Of a DNA stretch of 64,000 nt, positions 27,841 through 39,613 are shown one piece after another. Numbering within the stretch: the stretch's first letter is position 1; each line of letters begins with the position of its first letter. Source of the stretch: an uncultured Acidobacteriota bacterium (GTDB taxonomy: Bacteria; Acidobacteriota; Polarisedimenticolia; J045); assembly GCA_963702545.1 (NCBI GenBank), contig CAVPDB010000002.1:17941-81940 (forward strand), read 5' to 3'. The position numbers and the translations under genes were made by a program. The notes beneath the pieces were generated by a model that ran no database searches, had not been told where the DNA came from, and was given only the letters and a program-made list of their open reading frames with translations.

Positions 27841-29444
27841 CCCTTCCTCCCATGCCCGGCTTCCTCGATGACCTGTCCCTCGAACACCGAGAACTTCGTC
27901 GACGGGTCGCGCCAGGCTGCGCCGTCCAGCCCGGCCTTGCGCGCCAGGTGCTCCAGCGTCTCTTCCAGCGTCCAGCCCTGCTCGCCCGGGACCTGCGGCA
28001 GGAAGACCGCGCGCCGCCCGTTTTGGTCGAGCAGGATCCCGTGCCGGCCGAGCTGGATCTCCTTCCAGGACGCGACCGGCCGCGGGACCGACAGGACCGT
28101 CACCTCGACCGCCAGCCGGTCCAGCTCCCCGGCCGCGACCGGGGTGAAGCGCGGGTCCTCGAGCGCGGCGTTGACGGCGGCGACGACGACCGCCTGGTGC
28201 AGCGGGTAGGCCGGCAGGACCTGGCCGATGCAGCCGCGCAGCTTGCCCAGCCGCGCGATCTCCTGCGGGTCGGTGCGCGAGAGCGTGACGAACACCCCCT
28301 GCATCCGGTCCAGCTCCGGCCGCGGCGGCAGCGCCGCCAGCTCGCGCTCGACGTCGTCGGTGCCGCGCAGCTCGGAGGTGATCGCGGCGCGCGCGAGCTT
28401 CACCAGCCGCGCCGACAGGTCGGCGTCGAGCGGCGGGGCGGTGGGTGGAGCGACCGGCGGCGCGGCGGGCACCCCCTCGACCCGCGGCGGCGGGACCGGC
28501 GGGTCGTAGAACGCCATCGCGGCGTAGCTGACCGAGTTGTCGTCCGCCATCCCGGGCAGGTCGATCGAGGCGTACTCGGCCAGCAGCACACCCTGCGCCT
28601 TCGGTGCGATCTTGCGCAGCAGCTCGGCCATCGTCGCCAGGCCGTGGCGGCCGCAGATCGTGTCGTCGGTCAGGTCGAGGTGCCGGCGGAAGGCCTCGGC
28701 GTCGACGCGCGCGAGCGCCGCGACCGCGGTGTCCTGGAGTTGCTGGATCTTGGCGCGCGCCACCGGCGCCGAGCGCCCGTACGGGGCGTAGCCGAAGCGC
28801 GGCCCGTAGTGCGTGAAGTCGGTCGAGAAGACGAACAGCGTCTTGCCGTCGTGGAGCGTCGCCAGCTTCGCGGCGAAGGCGCGCTCCTGCTCCGGGTCGG
28901 TGCCGCCGGCGAGGATCGGGACCAGCGTGAAGCTCCCCAGCGCCTGCTGCAGGAACGGCAGCTCGATCTCGACCGCGTGCTCTTCGTCTTCCGCACCGGG
29001 CACGAAGCGCGCCAGCCGGCCGTCGTCGAGCGCGCGGATCGCCTCGCGATCCAGCGGGATGTCGCCGAGCGGCGTGCGGTAGGCCGTCGCGTTGCTCAAC
29101 GAGAAGCCGCTGAAGCCGGCGTGGTGCGACGGCGCGACGACGACGACCCGGGTGAACTCGCCGCGCTTCACGGTCCGGAAGGCAGCGGCCGCGGCGGGCC
29201 CGGAGTAGCGCCAGCCGGCGTGCGGGACGACCAGCGCGATCGGCTTGCCGGCCGGTGCCGGCGCGGCGGCGGCCGCGGCGCGCAGCATCCGCGTCACCTC
29301 GGCCGCGGCGAGCGACGGCGAACCGGGGTACCACGACCCGGCGATCGCCGAGCGCCGCACGCCGGCGGTGGTCGCGGCGAGGGCGAGCAGCGGCAGCAGG
29401 CCCAGGAGCAGGAGAAGGAACGAGGGGACGACCGCGGCTCTCAT
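27837..29444 (-). CDS. amrB-amrA: AmmeMemoRadiSam system protein B (Memo-like) fused to protein A (AMMECR1 domain), with Sec signal peptide
   Basis: 535 aa with a signal peptide (MRAAVVPSFLLLLLGLLPLLALAATTAG). The Memo-like domain shows AGSWYPG...LVVPHAGWRYSG...FVFSTDFTHYG. A Pro-rich linker leads to the AMMECR1 domain (GVFVTLSRTD...LRGCIGQVLP...). Confidence 0.8.
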   Translation of the reverse strand: MRAAVVPSFLLLLLGLLPLLALAATTAGVRRSAIAGSWYPGSPSLAAAEVTRMLRAAAAAAPAPAGKPIALVVPHAGWRYSGPAAAAAFRTVKRGEFTRVVVVAPSHHAGFSGFSLSNATAYRTPLGDIPLDREAIRALDDGRLARFVPGAEDEEHAVEIELPFLQQALGSFTLVPILAGGTDPEQERAFAAKLATLHDGKTLFVFSTDFTHYGPRFGYAPYGRSAPVARAKIQQLQDTAVAALARVDAEAFRRHLDLTDDTICGRHGLATMAELLRKIAPKAQGVLLAEYASIDLPGMADDNSVSYAAMAFYDPPVPPPRVEGVPAAPPVAPPTAPPLDADLSARLVKLARAAITSELRGTDDVERELAALPPRPELDRMQGVFVTLSRTDPQEIARLGKLRGCIGQVLPAYPLHQAVVVAAVNAALEDPRFTPVAAGELDRLAVEVTVLSVPRPVASWKEIQLGRHGILLDQNGRRAVFLPQVPGEQGWTLEETLEHLARKAGLDGAAWRDPSTKFSVFEGQVIEEAGHGRKG

Positions 29445-29558
29445 GGTGCGACCCTCCGGACGGGAGAAGCCTAGGGTAGCGCAGAAGGAACCCCCCGGAA
29501 AAAGGAAAGGCCGCCCCGAAGGGCGGCCTTTCCCGCGAACCGGGAAGGAGGGAAAGGA

Positions 29559-30809
29559 TCAGACCCAGCCGCGGAGCTTGACCGCCTCGGCGACCCGGTT
29601 GACCGAGACGAGGTAGGCGGCGAGACGCAGGTGGACCTTCTCCTTGATCATCATGTCGTAGACCGCGTTGAAGGCGTTGGTCATCGCGTGGTCGAGGCGC
29701 TTGTGGACCTCTTCCAGGGACCAGTAGTAGTTGTAGGTGTTCTGCACCTGCTCGAAGTAGGAGACCGTCACGCCGCCGGCGTTGGCCAGGAAGTCGGGCA
29801 GCAGCAGGATGTTCTTCGAGGCCAGGACCTTGTCGGCTTCGGGGGTGGTCGGGCCGTTGGCCAGCTCGAGCACCACCTTGGACTTGATCTTGTCGACGTT
29901 GCGGTCGGTGATCTGGCCCTCGATCGCGGCCGGGATCAGCACGTCGCACTCGACGTAGAGGCAGTCGGCGGAGGCGGCGAGCGTCTCGGCCCCCTTGAAC
30001 CCCTTGATCGATCCGGTCTCGGTGAAGTGCTTGTGCAGCGCCGCGAAGTCCAACCCCTTCGGGTTGTACGCCGCGCCGTCCCACTCGCCGACGCACACGA
30101 CCTTGCCGCCGATCTCCTCGCTGATGATCTTGGCCGCGAACTAGCCGGCGTTGCCGAAGCCCTGGATCGAGTAGGTCGCCTTGGAGAGGTCGAGGCCGAT
30201 CTTCTTGGCCGCCTCGCGCAGCACGTAGAGGCCGCCGCGCGCGGTCGCGTCGCCACGCCCCTTGGAGCCGCCCAGCGCCAGCGGCTTGCCGGTGATCACG
30301 CCCGGCTCGGAGTGCCGCGTGATCATCTCGAACTCGTCCATCATCCACGCCATGATCTGCGGGGTGGTGTAGACGTCCGGCGCAGGAACGTCCTTGTGCA
30401 CGCCCAGGATCGGGCCCAGTGCGCGGACGTAGGCGCGGGCCAGCCGCTCCTTCTCGCCCTCGCTCATCTCCTTCGGGTTGCAGATCACGCCGCCCTTGCC
30501 GCCGCCCAGCGGGATGTCCACCACCGCGGTCTTCCAGGTCATCCAGGCCGCGAGCGCGCGCACGGTGTCGATCGTCTCGTCCGGATGCCAGCGGATGCCG
30601 CCCTTGGCCGGGCCGCGCGCGATGTTGTACTGGACGCGGAAGCCGTGGAAGATCTTCGTCTTGCCGTCGTCCATCTTCACGGGAACGAAGAAGTGGTGCT
30701 CCATCTGCGGGACGCGCAGGAACTGGTGCGTGGCGTGGTCGAGGCCGAGGCGTGCGGCGGCCTCGTCCAACTGCGCCTGCGCGATCTTGAAGGGATTGAG
30801 CTCGGACAT
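29559..30809 (-). CDS. gdhA: NADP/NAD glutamate dehydrogenase (GdhA) interrupted by an in-frame TAG at 30143..30141
   Basis: ORFs 30141..30881(-) and 29559..30098(-) are in the same frame. Together they read ...SIQGFGNAG[TAG][31 protein letters not shown]..., where a conserved Tyr (TAC) is expected at the stop. The start was chosen at [17 protein letters not shown] (ATG 30809, GGAGG SD). Confidence 0.8.
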
Positions 30810-30859
30810 GGGTTTCCTCCGGTCGAACAGGGATGGGCGGGTGTCCCGGGCTGTCGGGA

Positions 30860-30873
30860 CGAAACGCGTTTCG
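30860..30873. promoter_or_regulatory. Perfect 14-bp palindrome CGAAACGCGTTTCG about 50 nt upstream of the gdhA start (candidate operator)
   Basis: Read directly from the sequence (ctgtcgggaCGAAACGCGTTTCGatccg). It sits in the gdhA 5' region on the minus strand. Confidence 0.4.
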
Positions 30874-31016
30874 ATCCGCAATCGGTGGGGAGGGGAATTC
30901 TAATCCGTTCGGGCGAGGCGCACTAGGCCCCCCAAAGCGTTTGCTGAAATCGCCTTTTGGGCGATTGAAGTGCGATTAACAGGCCCACCGAACCGATTAG
31001 TCCCGGGCGGTCCAGG

Positions 31017-32519
31017 TCAGCGGATCGCGGCGAGCAAACCCGTCCCGACGCGGGAAAGCGGCTCGAGCACCAGCCCCGGGTAGACCCCCAGGAGGATCGT
31101 GCCCGCGACCGCGGTGGCCAGGACGATCGCCGTCCCGACCGGGACCGTGATCCCCTCCGAGACCTCCGTCTCCGGGGCCTCGAAGAACATCGCCACGATC
31201 ACCCTCAGGTAGTAGGCCGCCCCCACCACCGCCGTGACCCCCATCAGGGCCGCCAGCACGCCGTGCCCGGCGTCGAGCGCGGCGAGGAAGATCACGTACT
31301 TCCCGGTGAAGCCGCCGGTCGGCGGGATCCCGATCAGCGAGACCAGGAACAGGCCCATCGTCCAGGCCAGGACCGGCTGCCGCTGCACCAGCCCCTTGAA
31401 GTTCAGGATGCTGTCGGCGTCCTCGCCGTCCTGCTGGAACAGCGAGACGACGGCGAAGGCCCCGACGGTCATGAAGGTATACGACAGCAGGTAGAAGACG
31501 ATCGACGAGGTCGAGACCGCGACCGGCGTCATCAGCGCCAGCAGCAGGTAGCCGGCGTGGGCGATCGACGAGTAGGCCAGCATCCGCTTGACGCGCGTCT
31601 GGACCAGCGCGACCAGGTTGCCGACCACCATCGTCGCGGCGGCCAGGACTGCCAGCACGGAGAGGCCGCGCGCGGCCAGCTCCGGCGAGGCCTCGGCCGC
31701 GCTGCCGACCAGCCGGATCAGGACCCCGAAGGCCGCGGCCTTGGTGGCGGCCGCCATGAAGCCGGTGATCGGGGTCGGGGCGCCGGTGTAGACGTCGGGA
31801 GCCCAGAAGTGGAACGGCACGGCCGCAACCTTGAAGGCGAAGCCGACCAGCAGCAGGCCGGAGCCGACGAGCAGCATCGCCTTGCCGTAGGGGGCCAGGG
31901 CCGAGGCCTCGCGAACCACGGCCACGATCCCGCCCAGGTCCAGGCGCCCGGTCGCGCCCAGCACCAGCGCGATCCCGTAGACCAGGAAGGCGGTCGAGAA
32001 GGCGCCGAGGATGAAGTACTTGAACCCCGCCTCGACCGCGGTGCTCTTGTCGCGCGTCAGCGCCGTCAGGACGTAGAGCGGGATCGAGAGGATCTCGAGC
32101 CCGAGGAAGATCATCAGCAGGTTGTCGGTGCCGACCATCATCGTCATGCCGGCGACCGAGAAGAACAGCAGCGGGAAGACCTCGGGGTGGTAGCCCCGCG
32201 CGCGCTCGAGGTAACGCGGCATGAACAGCAGCGCCATCACCCCGGCCAGCGCGCAGATGAAGTCGATCCAGAGCGCCAGCCGGTCGGTCCGGACCATCTC
32301 GCGGCCGGCGACGCCGGCTGTGGCGGCGAAGTCGACCACGCTGCCGATCCGGCCGAGCATGATCAGCGGCACCGCCGTGGAGACCAGCATCCCGGCGACG
32401 GCGAAGCCCCACAGCCAGCGCCGGTCGTTCCGGAGGGCCGGCGTGAAGACCAGGAGCAGCAGGCCGTACGCCGCGGGGACCAGCGTCGGGAGCGCCACCC
32501 ACCAGTTGAAGGTCGGCAT
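31017..32519 (-). CDS. nuoN: NADH-quinone oxidoreductase subunit N
   Basis: Internal start MPTFNWWVALPTLVPAAYGLL of ORF 31017..33446(-). FHFWAPDVYTGAPTPITGFMAAATKAAAF and YSSIAHAGYLL are NuoN signatures. Its ATG lies 2 nt after the nuoL stop. Confidence 0.85.
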   Translation of the reverse strand: MPTFNWWVALPTLVPAAYGLLLLVFTPALRNDRRWLWGFAVAGMLVSTAVPLIMLGRIGSVVDFAATAGVAGREMVRTDRLALWIDFICALAGVMALLFMPRYLERARGYHPEVFPLLFFSVAGMTMMVGTDNLLMIFLGLEILSIPLYVLTALTRDKSTAVEAGFKYFILGAFSTAFLVYGIALVLGATGRLDLGGIVAVVREASALAPYGKAMLLVGSGLLLVGFAFKVAAVPFHFWAPDVYTGAPTPITGFMAAATKAAAFGVLIRLVGSAAEASPELAARGLSVLAVLAAATMVVGNLVALVQTRVKRMLAYSSIAHAGYLLLALMTPVAVSTSSIVFYLLSYTFMTVGAFAVVSLFQQDGEDADSILNFKGLVQRQPVLAWTMGLFLVSLIGIPPTGGFTGKYVIFLAALDAGHGVLAALMGVTAVVGAAYYLRVIVAMFFEAPETEVSEGITVPVGTAIVLATAVAGTILLGVYPGLVLEPLSRVGTGLLAAIR

Positions 32520-32521
32520 CG

Positions 32522-34705
<2,184 letters not shown>

Positions 34706-34720
34706 CGCTTCTCCTCCCGG

Positions 34721-35044
34721 CTACCAGCGCAGGAGCCGCGCGAGATCGGTGTCCGTCGAGCCTTTCAGACGGTACAGCGCGATCACCAGCGCCAGCCCCA
34801 CGGCGGCTTCGGCCGCCGCGATCGCGAGCACGAACAGCGCCACGATCTGCCCCTCGACGATCCCCGGCGCCCCCTCGCCCGGCAGGAACCGGCCGACGGC
34901 CACCAGCGCGATGTTGGCGGCGTTGAGCATCAGCTCGACACTCATCAGCATCGTGATCGCCCCGCGCCGGGCGACGATGCCCAGCGTGCCGATCGCGAAC
35001 AGCACGGCCGAGAGCAGCAGGAAGAGCGTGAACGGGCTTTCCAT
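34721..35044 (-). CDS. nuoK: NADH-quinone oxidoreductase subunit K
   Basis: 107 aa with three TM helices: MESPFTLFLLLSAVLFAIGTLGI...ELMLNAANIALVA... This is typical NuoK. Confidence 0.85.
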   Translation of the reverse strand: MESPFTLFLLLSAVLFAIGTLGIVARRGAITMLMSVELMLNAANIALVAVGRFLPGEGAPGIVEGQIVALFVLAIAAAEAAVGLALVIALYRLKGSTDTDLARLLRW

Positions 35045-35047
35045 CGC

Positions 35048-35578
35048 TCAGTCCTCCAGCTTCCGCTTGGCCAGCAGCACGGCCCCGGTCAGCGCGGCGA
35101 CGATCGCCAGCGAGACCGCCTCGAAGGGGTAGAAGTAGGTCGTGAACAGCGCCCGGCCGAAGGCGCCGACGCTGCCGTGGCCCGGCGCGTGCGGCAGCAC
35201 GCCGTCCGGGCTGACCGGCGTCGCCGCGGTCAGCGGCTCGAAGGTCAGGCCGGCCCGGCCCAGCACGCCGATCAGGAGCGCGCCCAGCAGGAACGCGACC
35301 AGCAGCGTCGGGATCCCGGGCCCGCCCCGGGCCTCGGGCCCGAGGTTGAGCAGCATGATCACGAAGGTGATCAGCACGACGATCGCGCCGGCGTAGATGA
35401 TCACCTGCAGGGCTGCCAGGAACTGCGCGTTGAGCAGCACGAAGACCCCGGCCACCGCCAGCAGGAAGATCACCAGCGACAGCGCCTGGATCACCGGGTT
35501 GCGGTGGATCACCACCACCAGCGCCGAGCCGACGGCGACCGCGGCGATCACGAAGAAGACCAGCAGCGCGGCGGTCAC
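35048..35578 (-). CDS. nuoJ: NADH-quinone oxidoreductase subunit J
   Basis: C-terminal part of ORF 35048..36913(-). The GTG start at 35578 overlaps the nuoH stop as GTGA. It begins VTAALLVFFVIAAVAVGSALVVVIHRNPVIQALSLV... Confidence 0.75.
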   Translation of the reverse strand: MTAALLVFFVIAAVAVGSALVVVIHRNPVIQALSLVIFLLAVAGVFVLLNAQFLAALQVIIYAGAIVVLITFVIMLLNLGPEARGGPGIPTLLVAFLLGALLIGVLGRAGLTFEPLTAATPVSPDGVLPHAPGHGSVGAFGRALFTTYFYPFEAVSLAIVAALTGAVLLAKRKLED

Positions 35579-36612
35579 GAGCGGACCCCCCACACGACCA
35601 GGAGCGCCGCCCAGATCACGTTGAGGAAGCCCAGCGGGATCAGCACCTTCCAGCCGATGCGCATCAGCTGGTCGAAGCGGAAGCGGGGCAGCGTCCAGCG
35701 CACCCAGACGAACAGCCAGAGGAAGAAGAAGACCTTGGCGAAGAAGGTCGCGACCTCGGCCGCGGCCAGCCAGTTCCCCGACAGCCCCAGCGCGTTCCGG
35801 ATGAACCCCGGCACCGCGTAGCCGCCCAGGTAGAGCGTCACGAGCAGGCAGGCCGAGACGATCATGTTGAGGTACTCGGCCATGAAGAACATCGAGAACT
35901 TCATCGACGAGTACTCGGTGTGGTAGCCGCCGACCAGCTCCGACTCGGCCTCGGGCAGGTCGAAGGGCAGGCGGTTGGTCTCGGCGAAGCCCGAGATCAG
36001 GAGCAGCAGGAAGCCCAGCGGCAGGTAGACGATGTTCCACCAGCTCTCGGCCTGCTGGACCACGATCGCCGTGGGCCGCAGCGTGCCGGAGAGAACCAGC
36101 ACCGCGATCACCGCGAGTCCCAGCGCCAGCTCGTACGAGATCATCTGCGCCGACGAGCGCAGGCCGCCGTACTGCGAGTACTTGTTGTTGGACGACCAGC
36201 CGGCCATGATCATCCCGTAGACGCCCATCGAGGACGCGGCCAGCAGCAGCAGCACCCCGGCGTCGACGTCGGCGATCACCAGCGGGATCTTCCGCCCCAG
36301 CACGGTCAGGACGCTGCCGAACGGGATCACCGCCAGCGCGGAGATCGCGGCCGCCAGCGCCACGAACGGGGCCATGATGAAGACCGGGCGGTTGGCGAAG
36401 GGCGGGACCAGGTCTTCCTTGAAGAAGAACTTCAGCCCGTCGGCGACCGGCTGGAACAGTCCGAACGGCCCGACCCGGTTGGGCCCGAGGCGCATCTGAA
36501 GGACGCCGGCGCCGCGGCGCTCGATCCAGGTCATGATCGGCACGAGCGAGATGCAGATCACGACGATCAGCGTCACCTTGATCGCGGCGGCGGCCAGCAG
36601 CACGTAATCCAA
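35575..36612 (-). CDS. nuoH: NADH-quinone oxidoreductase subunit H
   Basis: 345 aa: ...MTWIERRGAGVLQMRLGPNRVGPFGLFQPVADGLKFF...GWSSNNKYSQYGGLRSSAQMISYELALG... This is canonical NuoH. Confidence 0.9.
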   Translation of the reverse strand: MDYVLLAAAAIKVTLIVVICISLVPIMTWIERRGAGVLQMRLGPNRVGPFGLFQPVADGLKFFFKEDLVPPFANRPVFIMAPFVALAAAISALAVIPFGSVLTVLGRKIPLVIADVDAGVLLLLAASSMGVYGMIMAGWSSNNKYSQYGGLRSSAQMISYELALGLAVIAVLVLSGTLRPTAIVVQQAESWWNIVYLPLGFLLLLISGFAETNRLPFDLPEAESELVGGYHTEYSSMKFSMFFMAEYLNMIVSACLLVTLYLGGYAVPGFIRNALGLSGNWLAAAEVATFFAKVFFFLWLFVWVRWTLPRFRFDQLMRIGWKVLIPLGFLNVIWAALLVVWGVRS

Positions 36613-36630
36613 GGCCCGTCCCCCTCGCGC

Positions 36631-38296
36631 TCAGCGGCCCGCAGGGGGAACGCCGAGCGAGGTCAGCTTCTCTGCCGCTCCGGTCGGCGGCGGGGCCGCC
36701 CTGGCCGCGTCCGCGCCGGCCAGGTCCTGGCCGGTGGAGGCGGGGAGCGCATCCCAGTCGATTGCGGCGAAGGCGGGGATCTCGGCCGACAGCGCGGCCT
36801 GCACCGCGTGGCGCGCCGGCGCCGCGCCGCCGGTCAGCAGCCCCAGCAGGTCGCCCAGCAGCACGAAGGCCGGCCGGCAGTTGGCCTGCGGCGTCAGCGC
36901 GGCGGCGGACCACTGCACGCGGCCCGCGAAGTTGACGACGCTGCCGGTGCTCTCGCCCCAGGCGGCTGCCGGCAGCAGCAGCGTGGCGGCGTCGGCGAGC
37001 GGCGAGCGGAAGGCGTCGATCACGACCAGGTGCCGCAGCTTCGCCAGCGCCTCGGCCCCCAGCACCGGCGTCTCGTCGTCGACCCGCCCGGCGAGCCCGG
37101 GGCCCAGCGCCAGCAGCGTGTCGACCTCACCCGCCAGAAGGCGCCGCTCCAGCTCCGCAACGGCCTGCGCGCCGCCGGCCAGCGCGGCCAGCACCGTCTC
37201 GGCGCCGCGGCGGTTGGGCGTGCGGTCGCGCCGGATCAGGAGCGCGTCGTCGGCCCCCGCCTCGTGCGCCGGCAGGTAGACCGCGGCGCCGCCCAGCGGC
37301 CCCTTCGCGATCTTCGCCAGCAGGAACAGGTCCTCGACCGTCGCGCGCGGGCTGGCCAGCACCGCGACCTTGCCGGCGGTCGCACCGGAGGCCAGCGTCT
37401 CCGCCGCCTCCTCGACCGCCACCGTCCACGGCCCGCGATCGTCCTGGCGGGTGAAGCGCGGCCCCGACAGCCGCATCCCCGGCGGGACGTTCAGGCGGTC
37501 GGCCCAGTCGCGCCCGGCGTCGCAGATCCACCAGGTGTTGACGGCGGGATTGAGCCGCGGCGTGATCCGGTAGACCTCGTTGCGGAAGGCGCCGACGTCG
37601 ATCGCGCAGCCGCGCGCGCAGCCGGGGCAGGTCGACGGGACGTTGGTCAGGAACCAGACCCGCGAGCGGAAGCGGAACTTCTTCCAGGTCAGCGCGCCAA
37701 CCGGGCAGATGTCGACGACGTTGCCCGAGTAGGGGTTGTCGAGCGGCCGGCCGGGGAAGGTCCCGATCTCCTCGTGCACGCCGCGCAGGAACATCCCCAG
37801 TTCGCCGGTCTTCGGCACTTCGTCGCAGAACCGGATGCAGCGCGTGCACTTGATGCAGCGCTCCCAGTCGTAGACGACGCCGGGACCCAGGTCGCGCTTC
37901 TTGGGGCCGTGGCTCTTCTCCTCCTGGAAGCGGGTCGACGGCCTGGCCGTGGCGGAAGGAGTACTCCTGCAGCTTGCACTCGCCGGCCTGGTCGCAGATC
38001 GGACAGTCCAGCGGGTGGTTGATCAGCAGGAACTCCATCACCGCCCGCTCCCACTCCCTGGTCTTCTCGGACTGCGTGAAGACGACCATCCCCTCGGCGA
38101 CCGCGGTGTTGCAGGCGATCACGGGCTTGGGGAACTTCTCGACCTCGACCAGGCAGATCCGGCAGTTGCCGGCGATCGAGAGCGCGGGATGGTAGCAGTA
38201 GTAGGGGATCTCGATCCCCGAGGCCAGCGCGGCCTGCAGGATCGTCGTCCCGTCCGGAACGGTGAGCTGCCGGCCGTCGATGGTGAGCGTGGGCAT
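36631..38296 (-). CDS. nuoG: NADH-quinone oxidoreductase subunit G (short form, about 555 aa); apparent 1-nt frameshift near 37945
   Basis: N-terminus (ORF 37127..38296): MPTLTIDGRQLTV...CYHPALSIAGNCRICLVEV...HPLDCPICDQAGECKLQEYSFRHGQ. It continues in another frame (ORF 36631..37818, extended upstream) as PSTRFQEEKSHGPKKRDLGPGVVYDWERCIKCTRCIRFCDEVPKTGELGMF...NVVDICPVGALT... One extra G in ggccaggccg joins the two. Confidence 0.8.
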
Positions 38297-38314
38297 GTCG
38301 TCTTCCCCGGCCGG

Positions 38315-39598
38315 CTACTGCGACGCCACGGCCGAACGACCGTGCCGGATGTAGTGCAGGAACTCCTCGCGGAACTTCCTCACGAACGACAGCGCCGGCA
38401 TCGCCGCCGCGTCGGCGAGCGGGCAGATCGTGGTGCCGTTCATCATGTGGCCGGCGGCCGACTCGATCGTCGCCAGGTCGGCCTCGGTCCCCTCGCCACG
38501 CCGGATCCGGGCGATGATCTTCTCGATCCAGCCCGTCCCCTCGCGGCAGGGCGTGCACTGGCCGCAGGACTCGTGCGAGTAGAAGTGCGCGGTGCGCTCG
38601 GCGGCCAGCACCATGTCGGTGCCGTCGTCCATCGCGTAGGCCCCGGCCGAGCCCAGCATCGAGCCGCGCGCGGCCAGCGAGTCGAAGTCCATCCGCAGGT
38701 CGACGCACTCGTCGGCGGTCAGCACCGGGACCGACGAGCCGCCCGGCACGAAGGCCTTCAGCTTGCGGCCGTGGCGCAGCATCCCGGCGCCGTGCTCGAA
38801 GATCAGCTCCTCGACCGTGACCGTCATCGGCAGCTCGAAGACGCCGGGGTTCCTGACATGACCCGACAGGCAGTAGAGCTTGGGCCCGGTGTTGCGCTCG
38901 TCCGGCCCGATCGACTTGAACCAGTCCACGCCGCGCTCGATGATGAACGGGACGTTGCACAGCGTCTCGACGTTGTTGACCGTCGTCGGCTTGCCGTAGA
39001 CGCCGTACTGCGCCGGGAAGGGGGGCTTCAGCCGCGGGTTGCCGCGGCCCCCTTCCAGCGAGTCCATCAGCGCCGTCTCCTCGCCGCAGATGTAGGCGCC
39101 GGCGCCGCGGTGCACGAGCATCTCGCAGTCGAAGCCGCTCTTCAGGATGTTCTTCCCCAGGAGCCCGGCGGCGTAGGCCTCCTGGACCGCATCCTCGAGC
39201 CGCCGGTAAGGGAAGACGTACTCGCCGCGGATGTAGACGAAGACGCGGCTGGCCCGGATCGCCCAGGCCGAGATCAGGCAGGACTCGATCAGGAGGTGCG
39301 GATCGAGTTCCATCAGGTAGCGGTCCTTGAAGGTCCCCGGCTCCGACTCGTCGGCGTTGACGACCAGGTAGTTGGGCCGCTCGGGCGTCGGCGCCTTGGG
39401 CATGAAGCCCCACTTCACGCCGGTCGAGAAGCCGGCCCCGCCGCGTCCGCGCAGCCCGGAGGCCTTGACCATCTCGACGATCGCGGCCGGCTCCAGCTGC
39501 AGGGCCCGGGCGATCGCCTCGTACCCGCCGCGCCGGCGGTAGACCTCCAGCCGGTGCGAGTTCTCGACCTCGAAGTTCCTGGTGAGGAAGCGCTCCAT
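38315..39598 (-). CDS. nuoF: NADH-quinone oxidoreductase subunit F
   Basis: 427 aa with FMN/NADH and 4Fe-4S motifs (GRGGAGFSTGVKW, ADESEPGTFKDR, ESCGQCTPCREG). Confidence 0.9.
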   Translation of the reverse strand: MERFLTRNFEVENSHRLEVYRRRGGYEAIARALQLEPAAIVEMVKASGLRGRGGAGFSTGVKWGFMPKAPTPERPNYLVVNADESEPGTFKDRYLMELDPHLLIESCLISAWAIRASRVFVYIRGEYVFPYRRLEDAVQEAYAAGLLGKNILKSGFDCEMLVHRGAGAYICGEETALMDSLEGGRGNPRLKPPFPAQYGVYGKPTTVNNVETLCNVPFIIERGVDWFKSIGPDERNTGPKLYCLSGHVRNPGVFELPMTVTVEELIFEHGAGMLRHGRKLKAFVPGGSSVPVLTADECVDLRMDFDSLAARGSMLGSAGAYAMDDGTDMVLAAERTAHFYSHESCGQCTPCREGTGWIEKIIARIRRGEGTEADLATIESAAGHMMNGTTICPLADAAAMPALSFVRKFREEFLHYIRHGRSAVASQ

Positions 39599-39613
39599 CC
39601 GTCGGCTCCGGCT

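Noticed and set aside
30866-30880. tRNA T-loop-like motif GCGTTTCGATCCGC
   Set aside because: No acceptor stem, D-arm or anticodon arm can be paired in the flanking 80 nt. The motif is simply the right half of the 14-bp palindrome plus flanking bases.
30960-30985. Hairpin AATCGCC-ttttgg-GGCGATT downstream of nuoN as the operon terminator
   Set aside because: Perfect 7-bp inverted repeat, but only a two-U run follows on the minus strand and the AU-rich stem is low in GC, so there is no confident intrinsic terminator. It is left uncalled, though it may still contribute to termination.
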